64,000 bases of DNA. It comes from an uncultured virus (IMG/VR IMGVR_UViG_3300013121_000030). Its lineage: Duplodnaviria; Heunggongvirae; Uroviricota; Caudoviricetes. Where the stretch lies: IMG/VR virus record IMGVR_UViG_3300013121_000030, positions 170,245 through 234,244 of that record; one strand, 5' to 3'. A model generated the notes under the pieces. It saw only the letters and a list, made by a program, of their open reading frames with translations. It searched no databases and was not told the origin of the DNA. Positions 20,634 through 30,370 of this stretch are shown here, piece after piece. Every line of letters starts with the position of its first letter. The stretch's first letter is position 1. Made by a program: the position numbers and the translations under genes.

Positions 20634-21523
20634 GTTCCCCACAACTCCTTCTCTGTCCAAATCTCAAAACCCCATCCCCGACTCTCGCTCAGTCTCTTTG
20701 AGAGGTCGAGTCTTCTCCACACCTTGTGGTCGGGGGAGAGTGTGAAAATCCAAGAAGCCTTGATTTCAACCAAGGTGATGTCGCCTCTTGTAAGATACAA
20801 GAGGAAATCCGGTTTGATGTGGTGGTTCTCAAAAAGGAAGGGGGGCTCATAATCAAATTGTGCAACAGTTGGCATTCCCTCAATGATTTCTGCTGCACGA
20901 ACTTCATAACTGGAACGAACCCAAAACCTAGGCGCTCGACATTTTTTGGGAGTAATGTAGGATCCTTTTCCCCTGGACCATTTCACAGGGTCTTCTCCCA
21001 TCCTCCTTGATTGCTCAACCGACCGTCTCAGTCTTTCTTGGGGAGACCTGTGGAACTCCAGGAGATGGGCGCGATACGACTCGTCTTCCCATTTGGATTT
21101 TTGTTGGTCGCTGCGAATCCTTCGTTTCTCCTGAGTCCAGCCTTCTCGGAGGGCTTTGCGCTCTTCTGGTGTGCGGTGCCGTCCCCGGAGATGGTCAAAA
21201 TCTCCAGCTCTCCACTGCCTCTCAAGTTGACCGGGGCGTTTCTTGCCTCTCCAACTCTCACCCTGAGTTCGAGCACTGGAGGCACGGTTCTGCTTACTGG
21301 AAGGATTCCACATTGCTGTGGTGAGATTTTGGATTGTCCCGTGGGACAGACCAGTGATTGTCACCATTTCTCTCCATGTGGTTCCGGCAAGATGAAGCTC
21401 AGAGACAATTTTTTGTTTCTTCTCCTTGAATGGGGAAGCTCCTCGTCCTCGTTTATGGAATTGCTCAAGAGTCAACCCGTTTTTTTCAAGGAGAGATTGA
21501 AGGATGGGATGAGGATTATTCAT
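20630..21523 (-). mobile_element. Free-standing putative homing endonuclease (PD-(D/E)xK, TnsA-N-like) inside the split intein
   Basis: Basic NUMOD-like N-terminus; RSSYE...YEP...KPDFL...LVEIKA...FEIWTEKEL; overlaps both flanking ORFs. Confidence 0.75.
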
Positions 21524-22046
21524 GTAGCCACCGTGGGGGGCCTTCTTCCTTCAGTATCTCCCACAAATCTTTCATTGAAATCTCCAGTTGCGTCCCATCT
21601 ACGTCAATTTCGATCATCTCATCGCCGGCTACACAGTTGTCCCGAAGCATGATGCGCAGCTTGTCGATCAGGCCAGCCACACATGTGGAGTAGACTTTTT
21701 GGCCTGTGGTACAGGATGAAGGATCGTCCACTCCGAATTCCTGAACTACAGTCTGGTCTTCTCCACTCACAGTCCGCTTGAAGGTCCACCGAATCCTGTA
21801 GGTCCCAGCAGCGGCCCCCATGGGCACGAGGAAGGCGGCGTAGTATTCCCCAACAGAGGGATGCACAGGGGTCCTCTGGGCTGGGCCTATGAGGATCTCG
21901 ACTCCAGGCTCACCCTTGGACTTGTCTACGAAGTAGATCGCGTAGTAGATCGATGCGGCGTCTGTAGGGACACCATATTCGTTGACGAGGAAGATCGACA
22001 GATCGTTCCGCTTGGTCTCATAGCCAGGTTTGAAGCAAACAGCCAT
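21516..22046 (-). CDS. Fractured gene, 5' part: N-extein plus 39-aa N-intein
   Basis: ...RIMLRDN|CVAGDEMIEI...ISMKDLWE is intein block A; Cys1 codon at 21635-21633. Confidence 0.8.
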   Translation of the reverse strand: MAVCFKPGYETKRNDLSIFLVNEYGVPTDAASIYYAIYFVDKSKGEPGVEILIGPAQRTPVHPSVGEYYAAFLVPMGAAAGTYRIRWTFKRTVSGEDQTVVQEFGVDDPSSCTTGQKVYSTCVAGLIDKLRIMLRDNCVAGDEMIEIDVDGTQLEISMKDLWEILKEEGPPRWLHE

Positions 22047-22086
22047 ACCATTTTCCCTACCGGATAGAAGGGGTAATGTTCTGCGA

Positions 22087-22166
22087 GCCTGTGTGGCGGA
22101 ATCGGTAGACGCCGGGGACTTAAAATCCCCTCCGAAAGGGTGTGGGTTCGAGTCCCACCATGGGCA
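22087..22166 (+). tRNA. tRNA-Leu(TAA)
   Basis: GGGGA-CTTAAAA-TCCCC with long variable arm. Confidence 0.9.
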
Positions 22167-22198
22167 AGAAAATATTTGGATTATGCGAAGTCATAGAT

Positions 22199-22825
22199 AT
22201 GCCAACATTCTTGCAGAAGGTCCAAAAATTCTTCAACTCCCATGTGCGAGTTGCAGCGGGAAGCCAAGTCTTCGATGATGGAGATCCCCGAGCCCCCAAG
22301 ACTCCGTGGGGTCCAGCGCAAGAGATTGTTCAGGTGGTTCCTGGTGTAGTTTGGGTGTACACCGCAGGACATGGGGGACTGAGGGTTTCTCCGGCAGTGG
22401 CGCGAAAGAAACTAACTCCAGCAGCAATCAAGTTGGCGGACAAATGGGGAGGGTCCCTGTGGTACGAGGAAGACGAAGCCTATGCCATTCCTTTGTATGA
22501 AAATTATCAATGGGGGGTCATCCTAAATCAATTGACGGGCGGCCAACGAGTTTCCCAAGAGCAGTTAGGGGATATGGTTAGGTCAAGGTTCCCTAACTAT
22601 TTCAAAATGGTGGGAGAGGGCTATCAACTCCCCGCAGTGCCCAAAGTTGGTGGACATCTCCGTGTCCTGAAGGACATTCCGTATGGAAGTGGAAGAATTG
22701 TCCCCGCCGGAGAAATTGTGGAGATCGTGGAGGTCAAGAGGTCCCGTTTGGTGTTCCGTTATGCCCAAAAACGGTGGTCCCTCTCATTCGAGTGGATGGA
22801 TCGGGGCTATGCTGAAGTGGTCTAG
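22199..22825 (+). CDS. DUF7007-like protein
   Basis: TPWGPAQ...TAGHGGLRVS...WYEEDEAYAI. Confidence 0.55.
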   Translation: MPTFLQKVQKFFNSHVRVAAGSQVFDDGDPRAPKTPWGPAQEIVQVVPGVVWVYTAGHGGLRVSPAVARKKLTPAAIKLADKWGGSLWYEEDEAYAIPLYENYQWGVILNQLTGGQRVSQEQLGDMVRSRFPNYFKMVGEGYQLPAVPKVGGHLRVLKDIPYGSGRIVPAGEIVEIVEVKRSRLVFRYAQKRWSLSFEWMDRGYAEVV

Positions 22826-22970
22826 GATCTTCCACACGGCAAATGATTCGGTGGTCCTTCGCCTGAGGGTCTCCATTGCATCTCAAAAAAATACCAAGAC
22901 CCGCCCAAGTCCACAGTCCGAAACCACCATGAGGGCATTTAACCTCTTCTTCGATCATCTGTGAGAAGAT

Positions 22971-23816
22971 ATGGAAAGCCGTATGAGTTTTCTGCGCTGG
23001 TTTTCGTGGAACGGCTCCAAGCGGTGGATCCTCGATTCGCTGTCTCAGGAGTTGAGGACATACGGGGCTGGGAAGTACCTCGAACCGTTTGTCGGGGGTG
23101 GCAGCGTTTCGTTTCTCATGCGGAAACTGCATCCTTCGGTGAAACAGATAGTGTCGGATGCCAACCCGTGGCTCATCTCGTGCTACGAACGTCAGGTTGC
23201 CGAGGAACTAGACTTCCGGCTTCCTGACAACCTGCATGATTACGAGTATTGGAGATCATTTACGGACAATCGTATTGGCGAATTGGACTTGCACGACAGG
23301 GTAATTCGGTTTGCCGTGTGTCTCACAACGGCGTGGGGAAATAGGTGGAAAACGGAGGAGGATGGTCGCTTCACGAAAAGTTCAACCCCGATCGACTGGA
23401 AGCGAGCAGATCACGACTATGTGAGGACCAAGATCGAGAACTTCCTCAAGGTTCGGTGGCTCAAGACTGGGTTCGACCAAGTCTTGTCGGGAGACTGGAG
23501 GAAGGCTGTAACCTATGCAGAACCGGGGGATCTTGTGTACCTCGACCCGCCTTACCCAGAGACGTTGGGTTACGGGAACCAGATTTGGACCTTGAACGAC
23601 ATGCTTGACGTGATAGACTGGATTGCGGACGCAGTTCAGCGAGGTGTCAACGTCGTGGCGAGCAACGTGTCCGACTTGGAACGGCTCTACAAACGAGCTG
23701 GGCTACGAACTTTCACGGTGCCGAGTCCAACTCGGTCGAACACCCGCAGGGCTCGTGTGGAGATTATCGGAACAAGCCTCCCAGAGGTTAGACCTTTCTT
23801 TGGAATTGAGTCGTGA
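22971..23816 (+). CDS. Dam-like (D12 class) N6-adenine DNA methyltransferase
   Basis: WNGSKRW, YLEPFVGGGSV, LVYLDPPY. Confidence 0.85.
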   Translation: MESRMSFLRWFSWNGSKRWILDSLSQELRTYGAGKYLEPFVGGGSVSFLMRKLHPSVKQIVSDANPWLISCYERQVAEELDFRLPDNLHDYEYWRSFTDNRIGELDLHDRVIRFAVCLTTAWGNRWKTEEDGRFTKSSTPIDWKRADHDYVRTKIENFLKVRWLKTGFDQVLSGDWRKAVTYAEPGDLVYLDPPYPETLGYGNQIWTLNDMLDVIDWIADAVQRGVNVVASNVSDLERLYKRAGLRTFTVPSPTRSNTRRARVEIIGTSLPEVRPFFGIES

Positions 23817-23865
23817 AGAAGTCGCGCCTCATCTTCCTCCCACCCGGTTACTAACCCGGGCAAGG

Positions 23866-24570
23866 TCAATCTAATTGTGCTGCGAGAAGGCTCTGAATGA
23901 AGCCCGGGTCTACTGAGAAACTGGGATGCGGGAACGGACCGCTACGAAGCATTCCTTGACCTCGCTGTTGGGGGATGGGGAGATTTCCCCACTCGATCCC
24001 CTTTGAGGTCAGCATCTTGCACACATCCTCGGTGCTCTTGCCCATCAACATCTTGTGCGGGAAGTGGGCCTGCCCCAGCGACAGGATAGAATTGCGGATG
24101 GCGTCCCTCTCCCTCCAGAGGAAGTAGTTGTTCACTTCCTCTGGAGGCAAGACGAACACCCGCGCGTCGAAGTGCGCCGGACGATCCACTTGGAATCGCT
24201 GGAGCATGGTGAGTGAGAAGCTCACCGAGGCAATCGCCGCGGCAACAGACACGATCTTCTGGACACGTCCGCCAAACCATGGTTCTGTTTCCAGTGTCAT
24301 GTCAGTTCGGATGAGAACCGAGATCTCGTCGCTCTGGAAATAGCCGAAGACGGCTCCTGAGATTTCGTGGAGCAAGTCGGCAGTGGCCTTCTCCATCGCT
24401 TCATGGATTCTGGGATCAAAAGGCTTATCGAAAGCCTTGGTGTAGGTGTGGAAGGCCCTCCCATCCACCCTCAGGAGGATGGGGAGCCTTCGGGTGAGGA
24501 GGATATCCGGGACCCCCTCGTAACCCTTCATTCGTTCTCCAAGTCCAATCATGAACTTGGATACCCTCAC
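23866..24570 (-). CDS. thg1: Thg1-like tRNA(His) guanylyltransferase / 3'-5' polymerase
   Basis: RVDGRAFHTYT, QSDEIS, FGGRVQKIVS, FDARVF, YFLWRERDAIRNSI. Confidence 0.9.
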   Translation of the reverse strand: MRVSKFMIGLGERMKGYEGVPDILLTRRLPILLRVDGRAFHTYTKAFDKPFDPRIHEAMEKATADLLHEISGAVFGYFQSDEISVLIRTDMTLETEPWFGGRVQKIVSVAAAIASVSFSLTMLQRFQVDRPAHFDARVFVLPPEEVNNYFLWRERDAIRNSILSLGQAHFPHKMLMGKSTEDVCKMLTSKGIEWGNLPIPQQRGQGMLRSGPFPHPSFSVDPGFIQSLLAAQLD

Positions 24571-24761
24571 CAGATGTCGAGGTCCAGGGACTCACCCGGA
24601 CCGAGTTCCTCGATGTCGAAGAAGACGTCGTCGTAGTTGCAGGCGAGGTCATCTGCCCCCTGGAAGGAGGAGGCGGGGCCTTCGATGAAGCTTCCATTGT
24701 CGCCGTGGATGATGGCAACGAAGACGGTGGAGGTGGTGGTGTTCTTGAACGAGCGAGCCAT
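24567..24761 (-). CDS. Small acidic hypothetical protein (leaderless)
   Basis: Promoter motif 24768-24796 with ATG 6 nt after the -10. Confidence 0.55.
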   Translation of the reverse strand: MARSFKNTTTSTVFVAIIHGDNGSFIEGPASSFQGADDLACNYDDVFFDIEELGPGESLDLDIW

Positions 24762-24790
24762 GTTTCAAGTGTAGCACGCCGGCTCCCATG

Positions 24791-25228
24791 TTACACGGGC
24801 ATGGAGATAGTATCTGCGGTCCAGTCCACAAACCCCCACTTGTAGAGGTCTGCGACGACACTCTCTGGCCACTTCCGCGCATCGCAGGGACCCTTCTCCA
24901 CCGCGGAGAGGATCTCTTGATGCTGGGGGGAGAGATCCTCCACTGACTTCGTGGGTGCGTAGTCAGGGATGTGGCGCTCATCCATCAGCTCCTTGAAGGT
25001 TCCCAGGCGGACACGGGGGGATTCTCCCTCAAAGAGGAAGCCAAGAAGCGTCTGGCCAGGACGGCCCACCGCATGGAAGGCCCACCCTGCAGGGCAGAGG
25101 TTGGAGGCATCCCACTTCCAGCACGTGGTGGCCTTGGGGAAGTAGGGAGCGGTGAAATCGCTCATCTCCACGAGTTGGAGACGAAGTTCCAGGGGGAAGT
25201 TCTCGAATGATGTGATATGGAGAGGCAT
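24791..25228 (-). CDS. Hypothetical protein
   Basis: Promoter motif 25236-25264 with ATG 7 nt downstream. Confidence 0.55.
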   Translation of the reverse strand: MPLHITSFENFPLELRLQLVEMSDFTAPYFPKATTCWKWDASNLCPAGWAFHAVGRPGQTLLGFLFEGESPRVRLGTFKELMDERHIPDYAPTKSVEDLSPQHQEILSAVEKGPCDARKWPESVVADLYKWGFVDWTADTISMPV

Positions 25229-25295
25229 CCTCACCAGGATAGCACGCAGTTCCCAAAGTTACACTGACATTCTCGTTGATCAAGCGTCCCATTTT

Positions 25296-26780
25296 ATGCT
25301 CCCCGACCTTCTCCCCACTATCACTGCTTTCTCCGACATCCGCCGTGCCGCAACGTCGGATGAACACAAATCCTCGTGGGGGCAATATTTTACGTCACCT
25401 CAGATTGCCGTCTACATGGCTTCGATGGTCCACGTCGCGCCAGGTCAGCACCTCTCGGTGCTCGACCCAGGTGCGGGCACCGGAATCCTCGGCGCTGCGG
25501 TCACATTGGTGGCGTTGGCGGCTGGGGCGAGTTCGGTGCGGCTGGTTGCGGTGGAGTCTGAGCCTGGGGCGCATGCGCTGTTGCAGTGCTCATTGGAGTT
25601 TATGAAGCTTCAGCTTGGGGAGGTTTTTTCGTCCCAGGTTCGAGGCGATGACTTCCTCGATCTTCACGAACCGCGCATCGGTATCTCGCCCTTGCCCATC
25701 TTTGATACAGTGATTGCCAACCCGCCGTACTTCAAGTTGTCGCCGACTGAGGTGCGCGGAGGTGATGCGCCGAACGCCTATGCAAGATTCATGGAGGTCG
25801 CAGCCCACGTCTTGCGCCCCAACGGCCAGCTCCTGTTCATCGTGCCGCGCAGCTTCGCTTCGGGCTATTACTTCAGGCGCTTTCGCAGTCGCTTTCACGC
25901 AGAAATGGTGCTGGAGTCGGTCCACCTGTTCGACTCGCGGGGTGATGCCTTCAGCGGGGACGAGGTGTTGCAGGAGAACATCATCGTCGCCTACCGCAAG
26001 GGTGGGGTGCCGCGCGAGACCATCAAGATCAGCAGCTCGGTTGGTGTGTTGGACTTGGACCAGCGGCGCTGCTTCGAGGCCCCGCGTGAGCTGGTGTTTC
26101 ATCCAAGTGATCCGGCTGGCGTGCTCTTCTTGCCTGCTGACCCTCAAGACGTGGCGACTATGCGCTCGGTCCAGGCGTGGCCCGAGCGCCTGTCCACCCT
26201 TGGCCTGGACATCTCAACCGGGCCAGTTGTACCCTTCCGCACCAATGCCATGCGGCGCGAAGCTGATGCGGAGACAGTCCCCCTGCTCTGGATGCAGCAC
26301 ATTCGCGCTGGTGAAGTGCGCTGGCCGCTCGGGGCAAGCTTCCGCAAGGCTGAGCACATCTGCTTGGACGCGGGAGACAAACTGTTGGTGCCGAACCGCA
26401 CTTATGTCCTCATGCGGCGCTTCTCAGCGAAGGAAGAGAAGAAGCGGTTGACTGTTGCTGTGCTTGAGCAGGGAAAACTGCCTGGCGTGCGGCTTGGACT
26501 GGAGAACCACCTGAACTTCATCCATCAACCTGGTGGCGAGCTGGAGCCACGCTTGGCATGGGGGCTCGGCGTCCTGCTTGGGAGCACACTCATTGACGAC
26601 TACTTCCGCATCCAGAGTGGCAACACCCAAGTCAGCGCCACCGAGATCCGCGCGCTGCCCCTGCCAAGGCGGGCGCTTTTGGAACAGCTTGGCGACGCTG
26701 CGCGCGCTATTGGCGTTGATGTGTTTGGGTCCCAAAACAGTATCGACGCCCTTGTCTCAGACACCCTTTTGGGGTTCTAA
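25296..26780 (+). CDS. Orphan BsuBI/PstI/Eco57I-type N6-adenine DNA methyltransferase
   Basis: GQYFTSP, VLDPGAGTG, IANPPY, QENII, STGPVV, RRFSAKEEKKRL, ENHLN, SGNTQVSATE; no adjacent restriction enzyme. Confidence 0.85.
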   Translation: MLPDLLPTITAFSDIRRAATSDEHKSSWGQYFTSPQIAVYMASMVHVAPGQHLSVLDPGAGTGILGAAVTLVALAAGASSVRLVAVESEPGAHALLQCSLEFMKLQLGEVFSSQVRGDDFLDLHEPRIGISPLPIFDTVIANPPYFKLSPTEVRGGDAPNAYARFMEVAAHVLRPNGQLLFIVPRSFASGYYFRRFRSRFHAEMVLESVHLFDSRGDAFSGDEVLQENIIVAYRKGGVPRETIKISSSVGVLDLDQRRCFEAPRELVFHPSDPAGVLFLPADPQDVATMRSVQAWPERLSTLGLDISTGPVVPFRTNAMRREADAETVPLLWMQHIRAGEVRWPLGASFRKAEHICLDAGDKLLVPNRTYVLMRRFSAKEEKKRLTVAVLEQGKLPGVRLGLENHLNFIHQPGGELEPRLAWGLGVLLGSTLIDDYFRIQSGNTQVSATEIRALPLPRRALLEQLGDAARAIGVDVFGSQNSIDALVSDTLLGF

Positions 26781-27056
26781 TGGGGCACCAACTCAGCAAG
26801 AATTTCAGAGCCTGGGTTTGGGAGCAGGGCAACCAAGGTTTCACACAGTTGTGAGCGACTCGCGCTCTCTCCAAGGAGCTGACCAGCGTGACCAACAGTC
26901 TCCACAAGAGTTCGGAGGGTGGGGCTGGCTTTCGATCCAGGGCGGTCCAGCTCGAATGTTGTGACCATGGCCAACGATTTTGCGCTTCTGGGATGGGCAA
27001 GGGCATTCCGGAGAAGGATTCTCGCCAGGCTCAGGTCTTGAGCGGAAAGGGGAGGC

Positions 27057-27542
27057 ATGGTGTGTATACTCTGTATGAGAGAAGATTGCGTTATTCGGAG
27101 GGTTCGGGAGACATGGGGCCACCTTGGGAACATGGCTCCGTACCCCCTTCTTTTGGAAGATGTGGAGTGGAGGACCTCAGAGCATGCGTTTCAGGCGCTT
27201 CGATGCCCTCGTGGGCCTGTATGGGACCTAATCAATGCAGAGAAGTCCCCAATGGCTGCAAAGATGGTAGCCAAGGCGCATGCCGATCTCCGCGTGGTGA
27301 TTCCAATGTCACCAGAAGATCTTGTGCTCATGGAGCGCGTTCTGCGAGCCAAGCTGGCTCAGCATGTGAATATCCGAGAACTCCTGAGAGAGACAGGGGA
27401 CCGACATATTGTGGAGGATTGCACGTCCCGTCCACATGGAACGGGATTGTTCTGGGGAGCGAGGCGGACGGATCAGGGGTGGGAAGGGAAGAATTGGCTA
27501 GGGGTAAAATGGATGGAGATCCGTAATGGCAACAATCCGTGA
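27057..27542 (+). CDS. NADAR family protein
   Basis: TSEHAFQA, MERVLRAKLAQH, LLRETGDRHIVE, FWG, GKNWLG; start uncertain. Confidence 0.88.
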   Translation: MVCILCMREDCVIRRVRETWGHLGNMAPYPLLLEDVEWRTSEHAFQALRCPRGPVWDLINAEKSPMAAKMVAKAHADLRVVIPMSPEDLVLMERVLRAKLAQHVNIRELLRETGDRHIVEDCTSRPHGTGLFWGARRTDQGWEGKNWLGVKWMEIRNGNNP

Positions 27543-27817
27543 TCTGTTTCCCTCCCTCGTTTTTTTGATTCAGCTGATCACCTACTTTTCCTGGTAGTGT
27601 GACCTCATGAGCAAATCCGACATTGAAGATCTCCGAAATCACCTCAAAAAGCTGATTCTATCCACGCGAGATGAGAAAAAGATTGCCGTTCTGGTGGCCT
27701 CCCTCAACGAACTGTCATGGATGGAAGTTCGAGAGAAGCGCAAGAGCCGTCTACCTTTAGTCCGCAAGTTGGTGGAGACCAAGAAGGCATCCCCAAAGAA
27801 GGCAAAGGCCCTCCCCG

Positions 27818-28468
27818 TCAAATCAAAATCGTGATCCCTGACAACCGCCTGTAGGCGTGTTGATGAAGATCCGATACAATGGTGTCAATCGAATGGCCTT
27901 GCTCAAAGGCCATTTGGTAGACACCCGACTTTTCCTCCCGTACCTCAAATGGGTACGGGTCTATGTCGCTCCTGTAGCTTCGGTTTTTCTGATTGTCCTC
28001 GCGGGTGCCGCAGATGTAACACGTTCGGACACTGGGGTGGAAGGTTTTGTCCCAGTTGTCCTCTTCATATCCGTGTGAATAGTATCCAACTCCATGGGGG
28101 CAATGAGCCCGCAGAATTTTCAGGTGGTTGTCGCATGCCTCCTGTCGACGGCGGATCGCTGCGATGGTGTCAGTCTCTTCATTTGTGGGGACGCAAACTT
28201 CCAAAAGAACGTCATATGGCACACGGAGGGGACCCTCCAGGGCAGCTCGAAGAGTCTCGAATGTCTGAATGCGAAACGCCCACCACCTCAAAAGTTTGAC
28301 CTGGTGATCTAGGTCTGCGACTTTGGAGCGAAGGCATCCAATGGTTTGCTTGGTCTCTGAGGAGAGCGCAAGCAACATGTCCACATGCTGGAGGAGGAGA
28401 GTGGGGTCAACATTTGCCATAGGGCCTGATCTCAAACTCGAATCCTCCCCTGAGCACATCGTCTCCAA
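27818..28468 (-). CDS. Hypothetical protein with CxxC
   Basis: ORF within a same-strand run. Confidence 0.5.
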   Translation of the reverse strand: METMCSGEDSSLRSGPMANVDPTLLLQHVDMLLALSSETKQTIGCLRSKVADLDHQVKLLRWWAFRIQTFETLRAALEGPLRVPYDVLLEVCVPTNEETDTIAAIRRRQEACDNHLKILRAHCPHGVGYYSHGYEEDNWDKTFHPSVRTCYICGTREDNQKNRSYRSDIDPYPFEVREEKSGVYQMAFEQGHSIDTIVSDLHQHAYRRLSGITILI

Positions 28469-29046
28469 ATTTCAGCTTGTTCAGATGAGGCAGAGAGGAT
28501 CACATGGGCCTCATAGAGGAATTTGAGCGCCAGAGGATTGGAGGATCCTCGAACCATGCTCACGACTCTATTCACCAAATCCGTAGAAAACTCCACCCAG
28601 GGGCAGGAGATTGAGAGGGATGGGCTAAGGAATGGCGGTGTTTGGGTGTATTCCACCCTCCGAGGAGCAAGAGGAGCCGTGGGAGAACCTGTCACAAGGA
28701 GGTTGGGGAAAGAGAAGGGAAAGCTCTCATCTGGGATCTCTAAGGGAGAAGATGAGAACCAGTGGCGAAGGATGTGCTGGGCGACTGGGAAAAGTGGAAT
28801 CTGGAGACTGCGAGAGATTTTTTGATTAATAGACCATCGTGAAATGGTGGTCGTTTTTAGAGTGAGTGTCACCTCGCACCAAGTCTCCTCCCAAACGCCA
28901 ATCAGATCTTTTCGCTGGGCGAAAAGATCCTCGGGCTTTTCTTCTGGGCCCCACCACTCAGACCACAAAGGGTTGGCTGGGTCTTTGAACTCTGAGGGGG
29001 TGGGGCACTGGGCACTCGCCAAGAAGATCATTTCCCTTATTGACAT
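28432..29046 (-). CDS. Hypothetical protein
   Basis: Overlaps the upstream gene's stop. Confidence 0.5.
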   Translation of the reverse strand: MSIREMIFLASAQCPTPSEFKDPANPLWSEWWGPEEKPEDLFAQRKDLIGVWEETWCEVTLTLKTTTISRWSINQKISRSLQIPLFPVAQHILRHWFSSSPLEIPDESFPFSFPNLLVTGSPTAPLAPRRVEYTQTPPFLSPSLSISCPWVEFSTDLVNRVVSMVRGSSNPLALKFLYEAHVILSASSEQAEIWRRCAQGRIRV

Positions 29047-29981
29047 CCCCCAAGGACATACCCTTCTGACTTGTACTCGGCCTCAAAGAGAGCCACACAC
29101 TGGGAATCTTCTTCACAGGTGGCGTCCTGGCATGCTCCCGCGACGCAGCTCTTGTTGTAGGGGAAATCCTTGCAGGTGAATCCAGGGGGAGGATTGGTGC
29201 AGCAGTCCTCATCCTTTTCACACGGCTCCCTCGTGTACCTGCATGTCGCATGGCACCCGTCACTCACGCATCCAAATGTGTACCATCCGCGATTTTTGAG
29301 GGTGATCTCGTAGTGAGCATCACACTCCATGTCTGAGGCACAGTCCACCGGCTCACAGGACCCCTCAACACATGACTTGTGGTAGGGGAAATCCATGCAG
29401 GTATATCCCTTGGGAAGAGTGTTGGGGTCGCAACAGTCTGCATCCTCCACGCACTCCGGAGGAATATCGAGGATGCAGATGTTCTGCACTGGAGAGTCAC
29501 ACCTCTCTTGATGGGGGAGGCACCCCTTCCCAGTGAGTTCTGGGTGTGCATCGTGCATGAACCCAAAGAAGGGGCGGCACTCGTCGACACTGGAACATGT
29601 GATGTCTTGCTTACACACCCCCTGTTCACATGTATAGATGTACGGCACAGTTTCATTGCAAGTGAAGATCGCAGGGAGATTGTCGGGGCAACAATCCTTG
29701 GCGGACTCGCAGGGCCTGTCAAAATGACAGGTCTTGGGTTCAGGGAGACACACACACCCATGCCCTTCTCCGCCTGTTGAGGATTCCGCCCCCAAGGTTT
29801 CAGTGGCTGTGGATGTGGGGGACCCAGAGGATTCCACGGGGCCGCCAGTGGAAGCGCCGCCAGAAGTGGTTCCTCCTGACGTGGAGGCTCCAACAGCGGT
29901 GTCAGTACCTGTGCTCTCCCCCGAAGAGGGCTCACAGGCAAAAGAGAAGGAAACAAGGATTGTGAAGATTCGTGTGTTCAT
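29037..29981 (-). CDS. Cys-rich lipoprotein with S/T/G linker (myxobacterial style)
   Basis: Signal ending FSFAC, GST-rich spacer and three C..D.DCC..P..FTC..PY...C..G.C repeats. Confidence 0.7.
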   Translation of the reverse strand: MNTRIFTILVSFSFACEPSSGESTGTDTAVGASTSGGTTSGGASTGGPVESSGSPTSTATETLGAESSTGGEGHGCVCLPEPKTCHFDRPCESAKDCCPDNLPAIFTCNETVPYIYTCEQGVCKQDITCSSVDECRPFFGFMHDAHPELTGKGCLPHQERCDSPVQNICILDIPPECVEDADCCDPNTLPKGYTCMDFPYHKSCVEGSCEPVDCASDMECDAHYEITLKNRGWYTFGCVSDGCHATCRYTREPCEKDEDCCTNPPPGFTCKDFPYNKSCVAGACQDATCEEDSQCVALFEAEYKSEGYVLGGCQ

Positions 29982-30343
29982 GGGAAGACTGGGCTCAATG
30001 CCTCCTCAACGGGAGGGAAGAGGGCATCCTTGAGGATTTCTCGGCATTGTTGGTTGGAGTCAATGATCGGGCCAAAGATGCAGCGAAGCTTCTCCGCGAT
30101 GTAAAGCATGTGATGTGGTTGGACAGGCAGGGCTTCCCCCGTGTGCTCAGTGAGCAAGGGAAACGGAATTCTCTTCTCAGCTGCGTCTTGGCACACTTTG
30201 ATGTACTCGTTCATGAGTCCGCAAAACTCAATGAAGGGATGGTTTCCTGTGGAAACCGCCCCCACATAGAAAGCGTCCGAAACTCTCCTCATCTTCGTGC
30301 AGATCTCATGGAGTTCCCCTGTGGTGTAGGTTTCATCCTGCAT
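29978..30343 (-). CDS. Hypothetical protein
   Basis: HPFIEFCGLMNEY...YIAEKLRCIFG; ATGA-coupled to the next gene. Confidence 0.6.
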   Translation of the reverse strand: MQDETYTTGELHEICTKMRRVSDAFYVGAVSTGNHPFIEFCGLMNEYIKVCQDAAEKRIPFPLLTEHTGEALPVQPHHMLYIAEKLRCIFGPIIDSNQQCREILKDALFPPVEEALSPVFP

Positions 30344-30370
30344 GCTTGGAATACCCCGATGCGTGGGTGA

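Noticed and set aside
20630-21523. Tn7-like or CRISPR-associated transposon (TnsA-like nuclease plus type I-B Cascade)
   Set aside because: No TnsB, TnsC or TniQ; cas3 is intact; the nuclease sits within a split intein like a homing endonuclease
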